From Thermodesulfovibrionales bacterium (GTDB taxonomy: Bacteria > Nitrospirota > Thermodesulfovibrionia > Thermodesulfovibrionales > SM23-35), in NCBI GenBank assembly GCA_963753165.1, contig CAVWBP010000013.1, positions 51,385 to 115,384 of the forward strand: a stretch of 64,000 bases of DNA, given 5' to 3'. Below are positions 55,483-64,000 of the stretch, one piece after another; within the stretch, counting starts at the first letter, position 1; each line of letters begins with the position of its first letter. A program made the position numbers and the translations under genes. Below the pieces are notes generated by a model. The model searched no databases. It was not told where the DNA came from and saw only the letters and a program-made list of their open reading frames with translations.

Positions 55483-57333
55483 GTGAATAAACAAAAAGCC
55501 TTCAAGGCTGCCTTTTTCATTCTTTTTTTTGTTTTTACGTTCGCTCTTTTCTCAGTCGAAATCAGAGACTCTGATTTCTGGTGGCATCTGAAGACAGGCG
55601 AATATATTTCTGCGACAGGAGATCTCCCGTCAACTGATCCCTTTGCATACACTTCCCTCACAAAAGACCCGGTAAATCCTGAGTCTAAAAGAATTAAATT
55701 CATTCTCAGACAATACTGGCTTGCACAGCTTATTTTTTACTGGATATATTCTCTGTTCAGCTTCCAGGGAATAATACTCATGAGGGCCTCGATCCTGACC
55801 CTCCTGATTTTCCTCGTCTACAGGAGCGTACGCAGGGAAGGTGTGGGTCTATATTTTTCGATCGCGCTTATGGTGCCGGCAGTCCTGGTATTTTCATCCA
55901 ATTTTACCGGTGAAAGGCCGCAGCTCTTTTCTTTTCTTTTTCTTTTCTTTTGATTTTTTTGCTTGAAGGGTTCAGAATCCGGTCTCAGAGAGCGGAAGAC
56001 CGGTCGCAGGGAAAAGCGGACAGCCGGTGGTACCTGCTCCCGCTCCCGGTTATCACTCTTCTCTGGGCAAATATGCACGGCGGGTTTTTCGTCGGAAATC
56101 TTATAATCCTCGGATATCTCGTCTCTGAATTAATCAAATATCTGACAAGGAAATTCGGGACGCATCTCCCTGTTTCTTCTCTCAAAGCGCTCGTTATCAT
56201 GGGTATCCTTGCGGTCATTGTCTCTTTCATCAATCCCAATGGATTTAATGTCGTGTCAATCCTGGTGGAACTTGAACAGAGTCGCTACAAGGAGACTATT
56301 ATTGAAGCTATGTCTCCATTTACCATAGGGATACACTATGCTGATGTTGCACTGTTTTTCCTTCTCCTTGGGCTCAGTGGCATCATCCTTGCGATGAATT
56401 TCAGGAAACTCGATCTCACTGATGTGATTTTTTTCTCAGGGCTCACATTTATGGGACTCAATGCGGTAAGATTCATTCCATTTTTCATACCATATGCTGT
56501 TCTTCTCATTGCCCGTTACGGGATGCAGACGATTGACAGATCGTCTCTGAGGGAAAAAACTGCGGCCATCAGGAATGCCGCCGGTGTTGCTGTAGCTTTT
56601 TTCCTTATTGCGCTTATCATTTTCATGTCTGTGAAATATGATATCGTCGTCAAAAGCGGAGTGAGACAGGAAAAATACCCGGAGGGCGCCTCGAAATTCC
56701 TGAGAGAGAACAGGATTGCGGGGAATATGTTCAATCCCTACTACTGGGGTGGATACCTCATATGGGATGCTGTCCCCGGAGTATAAAGTCTTTATTGACG
56801 GAAGAAGCCTTATAGAGGATGTCTATTTCCAGTACCTGAATGTTTTCCAGGCGAAATCCCAGTTATTTGGGGATATTCCTGAATGGAAGGCTATTCTGAA
56901 GGCATACAAGGTTGATTTCATCATAACCTTTTCCGTAGACAAATTTACAGGGAACCTGGTTCCCTTAATCCCTGCACTCTATCATGACCCTGAGTGGCAT
57001 CTTGTCTACATGGACAAAATCTCTCTTGTTTTTCTCAGACAGAGGCTTGAGAACCAGCATTTTATCGATAAATTCGGGCTGCCGAAAGACTGGTTATGGG
57101 GCGAAGTGGTCACCGAAGCACTTGTGAAGGCTAAGGATTCGCCGCGAAGAGCAAACTTTTATGTTACTATTGGCGATGCATTCATGGCAAAGAAGAGCTA
57201 CATGGATGCGAGGGCAGCGTATGAAAAGGCGTTGCAAACAGATCCTGAGAATTCAACTGTCCGGGAGAGACTGCAATTCCTCAATAGGCATTTGGTTAGT
57301 GCAGCCTTCGCACCAATAATCATGAATCCTTAA
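55483..57333 (+). CDS. Polytopic membrane protein with C-terminal TPR (GT-C glycosyltransferase-like), two apparent frameshifts
   Basis: ORFs 55483..55953, 55950..56786 and 56716..57333 are consecutive, with junctions in T-rich runs near 55940 and near 56765. It has at least 10 hydrophobic helices and the motif DSDFWWHLKTGEYI...LPSTDPFAYTS. TPR-like tail YVTIGDAFMAKKSYMDARAAYEKALQTDPEN. Confidence 0.45.
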
Positions 57334-57343
57334 CCCGCGTATT

Positions 57344-58575
57344 CTAATATAGTGATATTGAATACTTGGACTTATACTTATAGTGCGTTGGGCATAGTAC
57401 GAATATATGGGTTGAGAGGGTGCCGGGGTTCACTTGCGTGATTTTGGTCCTGGCAGGAAGTCTCACAGGATATTGCGCAGGGTCATGGTCTTTATTGTGG
57501 CAGTTGAGAAAACATTCCCCTGCTCTTTTTCCCCCATGTCTATCCAATTTCCAACCGTCCACTGTGTGACGACATGATGTTGAGATTATCCAGATCTATG
57601 AGGTGTGAGTAGAAGACACTTTTTAGTGAGGGTTATGACACGTCCTGCATGAGGCCCCCGCATTAGTGATATGCAGATTGTGATAGCGGAAGCTTTCATT
57701 TCCAAGGATGCTGTTTCTTCTGGCAACTGCAACAGCAGTTTGGTACCTGATAAGGGCTCTGATTCCCATCCAGGTTAGAGAAGCGGATATCGTGTCAGGA
57801 TCAAACACGGTTGTTGAAGCATGCAGCCCCTTCTACGTCCCTGGGCGGGCGTCATTGTTGTGGCAGTCTGAATTCGGATGAGTGCTTGTTGCTGTATAGG
57901 CGGGATCAGGCTTGGTATATAGTTTGTTCTTTGCCTCTGTTTATCACTCGGATGATATGAAGGGTTCCCAACTGTTGAGACATTTCCTTGCTCCATTCGT
58001 CTTGGTAACGGCGGGGAGATTGGTATGTAGGAATGGCATTTGAAGCAGAGTTCATATTCTGACTGAACAGTGTCGACGAGGGCTCTTTGCGGAGTAAGAC
58101 CTGTAACACCTTTTGTTTTATTCGCTGACGTAACATAGTGGTGATGATGGCAATCGTTGCATTCTGCATGTCTTGGCGCTGCTGCATCTGTTTCCGGAAG
58201 CGTCTCATCATGCTGGTGAATTCCGGTCTTTTCGACAGGGTGGCGGTATGGTTTCAGGAATTCCTTCGAGATGTCTGCTGCCTTTGTGCTGTAGGCAAGG
58301 ATGCCCTGATGTCTTGTCTCTTGCACTGTGAAACTGTTGCCATGACATCTGAAACAGAACGTCTCTTTTCTCTCTGAAAGCATGGGGGTATTCAGTACCC
58401 CGTGTCCCCTGTGGCAGCTCCTGCATCCTTTGAGTACCTTGGTTCTGTCACCATGAGGACTTTCGAAGAGTGATTTTGAATAAAGCGAACCCGGGTAAAG
58501 GGAGAGTATCAGGCACAGCAGCACTGATACCCAGGTTGAAGCAAGCCAATCTCCCGCGCGCAATATTTCTTTCAT
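57344..58575 (-). pseudogene. Multihaem cytochrome c gene(s), fragmented
   Basis: Signal/anchor MKEILRAGDWLASTWVSVLLCLILSLY. Haem motifs CRSCH, CFRCH, CNDCH and CFKCH (ORF 57775..58608), CRTCH (57623..57808), and CFLNCH (a CX3CH variant, 57344..57562). The reading frame changes several times after CFKCHS. Confidence 0.55.
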
Positions 58576-58604
58576 TCTTTCCTGGTCTCTCCTCACCGGA
58601 ATAT

Positions 58605-59317
58605 TCAATGTCCTATCGTTGAGAGAATATCATGGCACACAAGGCATACTTCGTCATATGTTGTTTTTCGCCAGAATGGTGGCGCTTCCTCATTGCCTTT
58701 TCCTCCATGTGGATCATGGCAGCACGTGCATTGTACCCCAAAGCCATTCTGGGTAGCATAAAGTCTGACATCAGGGTCATTGATCGGCCAAATTGAGGTG
58801 CATAATATTGGGATCAGAGTTTCGCAGATTTGCCAATGCAGTATCAAAAACAATTGAAATGGGATGTCCACCCGACAGGTCCGTTCCAAGATAACCGCGA
58901 ATCGATACGGTGAGAATATCCGGAAACTGTCTCTATTTCTTCCTCACGGTTAATCAACGATCCAAGCGCCACTGTTCCATCATGACAACTGAGACAGAGC
59001 CTCGAAAAGCCGTCTACGGGAGGGGCTGCCTCCTGAGAGGGATAAGATTTCAGTGTCGGGCTCCAGTAATTGATATAATTTTGCTCTTCTGTCAGTACAT
59101 GATTCCAGAGAGCAACAGAGGGAGAAGCGTTATGGGGTGTGTGGCAAAATTTGCATACCTGCTGTTCGGATATTGCCAAAACAGGCCCCGGCCCTGAAAC
59201 GGACAGATTGTGTTTTGTATTCTTTATGCCGACTGCTGCAGGGGACGGAAGGGGGAACAGCACCATGCAACATACACAAATCAATATGAATAACATTTTG
59301 TTTGTTATCGCTGTCAT
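58605..59317 (-). pseudogene. Multihaem cytochrome c (paired-CXXCH type), two apparent frameshifts
   Basis: Signal peptide MTAITNKMLFILICVCCMVLFPLPSPAAVG. Motifs HNLSVSGPG...CKFCHTPH, CLSCHDG, CTCCHDPHGG, CLVCHD. The conserved LGTDLSGGHPISIVFD stretch is in the third frame between ORFs 58844..59434 and 58605..58889. Confidence 0.65.
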
Positions 59318-59619
59318 TTTAATCCCGTAAAAACCGTCGTTGTTTTTATGCATCAGATCCTCCCCGAAAGACGCTGTCATTTCGGATACATGCAGTCCTC
59401 CTGCATAGGAACTGCCGGCAAGTGACATACTCAACTCTTATTAGTATAACTATTTTAAGAGACATTTTTCATTGCGTGTCAGACGATTGAGGACGCTCAG
59501 AATCTGAGGGTGGTATTTTGCCGGCGTGACGGCATATAGCGTGTTTAGGTGTGTTCTGAAATAAATGCAGGACGCCTGTTTTTTGTGAAGAGCCCCCCGT
59601 TGACGGAGAAATGTTCATT

Positions 59620-60693
59620 TTATCGTATTCTTTCGTTTCCCTTCAGATACCGAAAAACCTGAATGCGTTTATTGTAGGAATCTGCGACATAGATCCTGTT
59701 CTCTTTATCGATGAAAATACCTGCAGGCAGTATGATCTCTCCGTCCCCGCTGCCACTGCCGCCAAAAACCAACAACAGTCTGCCGTCGCGGTCAAATATC
59801 TGTACATTATCAAAATGAGCGTCGGTTACATAGATATGGCCTTCCGAATCAACTGCGATACCCTTGGGTTTAGAAAAATCGCCTGCGCCATCTCCGAGTC
59901 TTCCGAAAGCCGAACGTACATTGCCGTCACGGTCAAAAATCTGGACTCTGAAATTCATCGAATCAGTAATATAAAGCAGTCCGTCGTTTCCAATAAAAAT
60001 ATTGGTAGGGAAGTGAAATTCGCCTTGCGCGGTCCCATTGTTCCCGAAGCTGAAAAGCAGCCTACCGTCTTTCTTCGAAAAAACCGATACCCTATGCCCA
60101 TGGGTATCAACTACGTACACTCTCTCTTCATGAAGGGCGATTCCGGTAGGCCTCAGGAGCGTATCGGGAGATCCGATTTCCCTTAAGAAGTTGCCCCCTT
60201 GATCGAATACAAAAACCTTTCTCAAGGCCGAATCAGAGAGATATATCTCGCCGTTCCCATCAATACTGACACCGATAGGCGACATGAATTCCTGATCTCC
60301 TGCTTCCCGGATCTGATGATATTTCCGGTTCTGTATATCGAACACGTGGAGTACCTGGAGACCGGGATCTGTGATGTAGATCCCGGCGTCATCGGTGAAT
60401 ACGCTGTATGGCCTCAGTAAGGTTCTCTCTGTTTTTTCCTGTCCGAAAAGAGAATCCATGGTTTTCGACAGCCAAGTTTTTTTTGTGCCTGTATCGGAAA
60501 AAACTTCAATACTTTGCAGATACAGAATCCTTGGTGTCTCCGGAGGAGAAGGCCAGACGAGTTGTCCTGCCGGATTCACCAGGACCGGCTTTTGATTCGC
60601 AGCACAACCTCCGAAAGTCCCAATGAGAAAAAACAAGAAAAGAATAATGCGCAGAGACTGTCTGATAGAGTCACCCATAAAGCGTTTTGTCAC
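59620..60693 (-). CDS. NHL-repeat beta-propeller lipoprotein
   Basis: Lipobox LIGTFGGC, then six NHL-type repeats (e.g. PIGVSIDGNGEIYLSDS, PTGIALHEERVYVVDT, PKGIAVDSEGHIYVTDA, ...RIYVADSYNKRIQVF). Confidence 0.8.
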   Translation of the reverse strand: MTKRFMGDSIRQSLRIILFLFFLIGTFGGCAANQKPVLVNPAGQLVWPSPPETPRILYLQSIEVFSDTGTKKTWLSKTMDSLFGQEKTERTLLRPYSVFTDDAGIYITDPGLQVLHVFDIQNRKYHQIREAGDQEFMSPIGVSIDGNGEIYLSDSALRKVFVFDQGGNFLREIGSPDTLLRPTGIALHEERVYVVDTHGHRVSVFSKKDGRLLFSFGNNGTAQGEFHFPTNIFIGNDGLLYITDSMNFRVQIFDRDGNVRSAFGRLGDGAGDFSKPKGIAVDSEGHIYVTDAHFDNVQIFDRDGRLLLVFGGSGSGDGEIILPAGIFIDKENRIYVADSYNKRIQVFRYLKGNERIR

Positions 60694-60706
60694 CCTCGAC
60701 CATAAA

Positions 60707-61793
60707 TTAAATATATCTTCTGATCGTCAGGAATATCCTCCTTGACCAGAAAGTCAAATCTTCCTGCTTGGTGGTAGAGAGGTAAAATTCCAGGAGACAT
60801 TGGAGCTTTCCTCTCCGGTAATCCAGCGATGCTTCGTAATCAATGATTGTCCTGTTCGGATTGTTCTCGATCTTTTCCCATCTGCCCCTGATGAGCCCGG
60901 CAAAGGTGAGATTTCTCTGAACGCGGTAATTGAGGCGGGTGTGCATCACAAAGCTCTGCCGGGAAAACGAGTCAGACTCGCCGAATGCATAGGTAGCCCG
61001 TGAGTTTAAATTCATGGTAGTTCTTATCGGGAGAATAATCTGCCCATAGAATGAATACTGATAGGTTTTTCTTGAGATATCCTCAAATGTCATCTCACTT
61101 CCTCCGAACTCATCCGAAGTTCTTATGGGCCTCTTTATGTTAGATTTTGTGTTGAAATATGAACTCTCGACGGTCCAGATTGCCCGTCTCAGCATTTTTC
61201 CCAGTCCTCTTCCCCTGAGCCCTAACAGAATGCTATGCGACAGGGTATTGGTAGTTCTTTTTCCGATCTCGACTCTCTCCGCCTCTTCATCAAAATAAAA
61301 CTCATCGCTCTCCTCAAAAATCTTGCTCTCCGAATCAGATTTGATGAATGTATACGTGAGATACCCTGTGCCGAGTTTAAACCTTCTTGTTTTAAGGTTG
61401 ATGTTTACATAGTGCTCGGTAAAATTATCTCTGAGTTCATCTTTTTCAGGATGAACCTATAGGAACTTTCGGTGTTAAAAGCGCCCAATGGTCTTCTATA
61501 GGCAATGCCTCGTGCTTATTCCGGTTACATCTCCCTGCTCTGAGTCAACTTTGCGCTTTCCATAATCGAGAAAAAGCGAACCTATCAACCTGTCCGAAAA
61601 TCTGTATCCCCACGACCCTGTTATCTTCTGATCGGAAATTTAACAATATCTCCACTGTTCCGGAACGCCTCTCTCCCTTATTAAAACTGTTCTGTTGTAC
61701 TGAATACATTATCGGTAGTCGTGATATGTACCGTTCTCCGGGAGGGAAATCAAGATCGGCGCTGCAGGTTTCGAATTCCTTGGTATAATCCAC
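60707..61793 (-). pseudogene. Putative outer-membrane beta-barrel protein, fragmented
   Basis: The frame of ORF 60707..61195 stays open upstream to about 61462 without a start codon. ORF 61545..61793 looks like an upstream piece in another frame. The residue pattern alternates hydrophobic and polar, and the sequence ends ...IFLTIRRYI. The family was not identified. Confidence 0.3.
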
Positions 61794-62824
61794 CCAGTCG
61801 AGTATTGAAAATCGGAATAAAAGAAGGAGTTAATTTCAAACCCTTCTTGTAAGAGATTTGTGTCCGTGGTATGCGAGAGTAAAACTTGTGGAGTCTGGAT
61901 ATCGAGGACCGGTGAGGTGGAGATTGGTGAGTGTTAGAGGTTGAGGGTATCGACGGTCTTACTGGGCTCAGAAGGCCGTGCACGCTTATACTATAGGTAT
62001 TAGGTTTCGTGATCTTCCGGCACGTAAGTTTTTTTGTTTGAGATAGCCCCAGTGTTCATACCGGAGTCGGTATCAGTCCTTCAAGGGCTTCACTTTTTCG
62101 ATATTGAACCTCATTTTTCGCGCTGTGAGATGGGACTCCGTTCCCTGTCGAAAGCCTTAGTTTTTTGCTATTAAATGGTAATAGTCCCTCTTAAGGCACA
62201 AAGTATAGAGGGAGATAGCCCTATGTGAGGCACGAGTCTATGACAGGAACCTGCTAGCCTAAATCTCTTCCCCCTCTGATATCGACGCCGGTCAGTGATT
62301 TTTTGATGGGAAAAATTGATTGCTGCACTGTAGACAATGCAGCCTTGGATGTGGTATATGATCACCCGTTCAGCATACCCAGCCTGATGCGCTCTTTAAA
62401 ATTGGAATAAGTGTCCATCATTGGTTGCGCGGGAAGTAGAAGGTTTGATGCCAATGAATACTTATGGAGCTTCAGTGAACGAAGCCGGTAAGACGGAATT
62501 TTCTTCGGATATCCTGCGGTCATCTGTGCAGATAATTGATCCGGCATAAGGAATAAGAGAACAAAGAATTACGATACCAGATGGATGTTGCTACGCCCTG
62601 ATCGTCTTTTGTTTCACGAGGGTATATGCCTTCCTCCTGCTTCGCTAGCAACATATGAAACTCCTGTTCGGACTATTTGAATTTTGCTAGGAGTTCATAT
62701 GCTTTTATGAAATAAATAGTTTATTTCATTTTAGATGAGTTAGAATGCTTGTCCAACAAGAGTGAATGATGGTCTATTCCTTTGCCTTCAGTACTGGAAG
62801 ACCTGGACTCTGTTGTTGAATGTA

Positions 62825-63600
62825 TCAGATACATAAATTTTGTCGAGCTATCGGATTGTACAGTCCTGAAGGCATAAAGAATTCTCCTGTTTTTGGCGCC
62901 GGCATTTGCTCCCAAAGCAAGAGTTTTCCCATTATCGTTGAATATTTGAAAGTGCTCTTAAACGCTGAATCTATGACATAGATATTGCCATCCGAATCAA
63001 CCCCAATACCCATTGGCCTGGAGAACGATCCGGAAGCATCGCCTAATTTTGCCCGAATTTTTTCAGGAATCTCTCCCGCATCGAATCTCTGCACCCGGAA
63101 GTTGAACGAATCTCTTCCCCACATATTTAAGTTACCGTTTTTCTTTATGGGAGAGAGGTCACTTCGGAAATGAGTTGAATTCACCGTTTTCCTGCCCACG
63201 TCGTTCCGATTAGTGGAAACCGTTTGTTTCCTTCTCTGTTGTCGAATATTTTTTATCATATGGTGTTTTGAGTGTCTGCTACATAGAGGCGGTCTTTTCT
63301 GTCCGTCGGAACACCTATTCCGGAAGGATTTTAAATTCCACCCGCGGCCTCTCCCAGCGTCATCACAACGTCCTCCAGTTCTTGCTTTATACCGAATACT
63401 TTTTCGAGCCTCGAATCTGAGACATAGATGACGCCCCTCTTGTTGTCAAATGCAATCCCCTACCGGTCCTGCAATATTCCTCACCCAGTAATCTGAGTAT
63501 TTGTTTTTGACTAGGTCGAATTACAAAAATTTGCGCATTGAAGAATCCACAACATAAATATCTGCCTTACAGCGTCTGTAACGACACCATTAGGTCTCTG
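62825..63600 (-). pseudogene. Degenerate NHL-repeat paralog
   Basis: NHL-like segments PMGIGVDSDGNIYVIDSAFK and FRVQRFD are in ORF 62825..63259. Upstream, the minus strand reads GIAFDNKRGVIYVSDSRLEKVF and PSGIGVPTDRKDRLYVADTQN, interrupted by an in-frame stop and shifts. The upper boundary is approximate. Confidence 0.45.
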
Positions 63601-64000
63601 GAGTCTTTTGACCCGCTCTTTTTCCTACGGAATTCCAATACTTGGCTGCGGTTTTAGGCCGAAATCATTACCTGCTTGACCAATGGGTAAGCCATTTGTG
63701 GATCCTCGAGGGCGCCAGGCGGTTTAGGCCATTACCATATTCCTTGCTGGTGTTTTGCGCGTTGGATTCGGACAGAAGGGTGGCACAACCTCAAAATCAA
63801 GAAGAAGAGGCAGTGGAGATCGGCAAAAACGCACAGCAGGAAAGCATTCTTTCTAATAAAGGAACATATTTGAAAGACAGTCTTATGGCAGTCTCATAAT
63901 TCTTACCTCTTTGAAACGGGGAATGGGGGATAAAATATATTTGTAAACCGGGGAACGGACGCACTCAATAATCTTTGTGGCATTTTTTTCCAGAATGCGG

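Noticed and set aside
61235-61462. A 75-aa plus-strand ORF.
   Set aside because: It lies antisense to an open minus-strand frame that continues the beta-barrel-like ORF 60707..61195.
63642-63899. An 85-aa plus-strand ORF at the window end.
   Set aside because: It has no motif and no RBS, and it lies in the degraded region next to the NHL remnants. It is probably spurious.

Overview
This is a 64-kb chromosomal segment from a diderm, probably anaerobic bacterium. I recognised no rRNA, tRNA, CRISPR array or transposase gene. The lineage cannot be fixed without a database search; the repeat style and gene content remind me of uncultured Nitrospirota- or Desulfobacterota-type draft genomes, but that is only an impression.

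Gene order, plus strand (1-39.9 kb):
- TolB-like fragment, then a secreted M1+M28+PDZ peptidase.
- tamB-bamA-SurA-like envelope operon, alpha/beta hydrolase, pdxA, Atg22-type MFS transporter, panD.
- TolC-EmrA-EmrB efflux operon behind a TetR remnant, then a metallophosphoesterase.
- A sigma-54 activator followed by a textbook -24/-12 promoter.
- A GntR/HutC regulator plus a tandemly duplicated three-gene module (extended TSUP/TauE permease + unknown membrane protein + UspA).
- M50 protease, rplI-dnaB-Memo-like, tandem PilZ, rplU-rpmA, obg.
- HEAT protein + HD-GYP, an HTH/Zn-ribbon protein and a membrane protein.

Minus strand (39.9-45.9 kb): flavodoxin-like protein, phosphohexomutase, cysS, pseudo-receiver/SPOR protein, ribD.

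Plus strand (46.2-57.3 kb): DUF948-YtxH-hypA-hypB-hypF-hypD-X-hypE, an Avd-like four-helix-bundle cassette, pdxJ, hydrogenase endopeptidase, and a polytopic TPR membrane protein.

Minus strand (57.3-63.6 kb): an island of multihaem cytochromes c, NHL propellers and a beta-barrel-like gene, largely fragmented.

Two properties run across the whole window:
1. Nearly every spacer longer than about 150 bp is occupied by families of composite palindromic repeats. Some of these reach into coding sequence.
2. There are roughly 25-30 apparent single-nucleotide frameshifts, strongly clustered. Several sit at homopolymer runs, and two are in essential cysS, so most are probably assembly or sequencing errors rather than biology. 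Frameshifted genes are reported as merged features, with the fragment coordinates given in the evidence.

Most novel candidates:
- A small Fe-S plus corrinoid-domain (CFeSP/HgcA-like) protein inserted between hypD and hypE, in a hyp cluster that lacks hypC.
- The duplicated TSUP-unknown-USP module downstream of the sigma-54 promoter.
- Inverted-repeat-bounded cassettes inside the hyp cluster.
- The GTCATT...AATGAC palindromic repeat superfamily.
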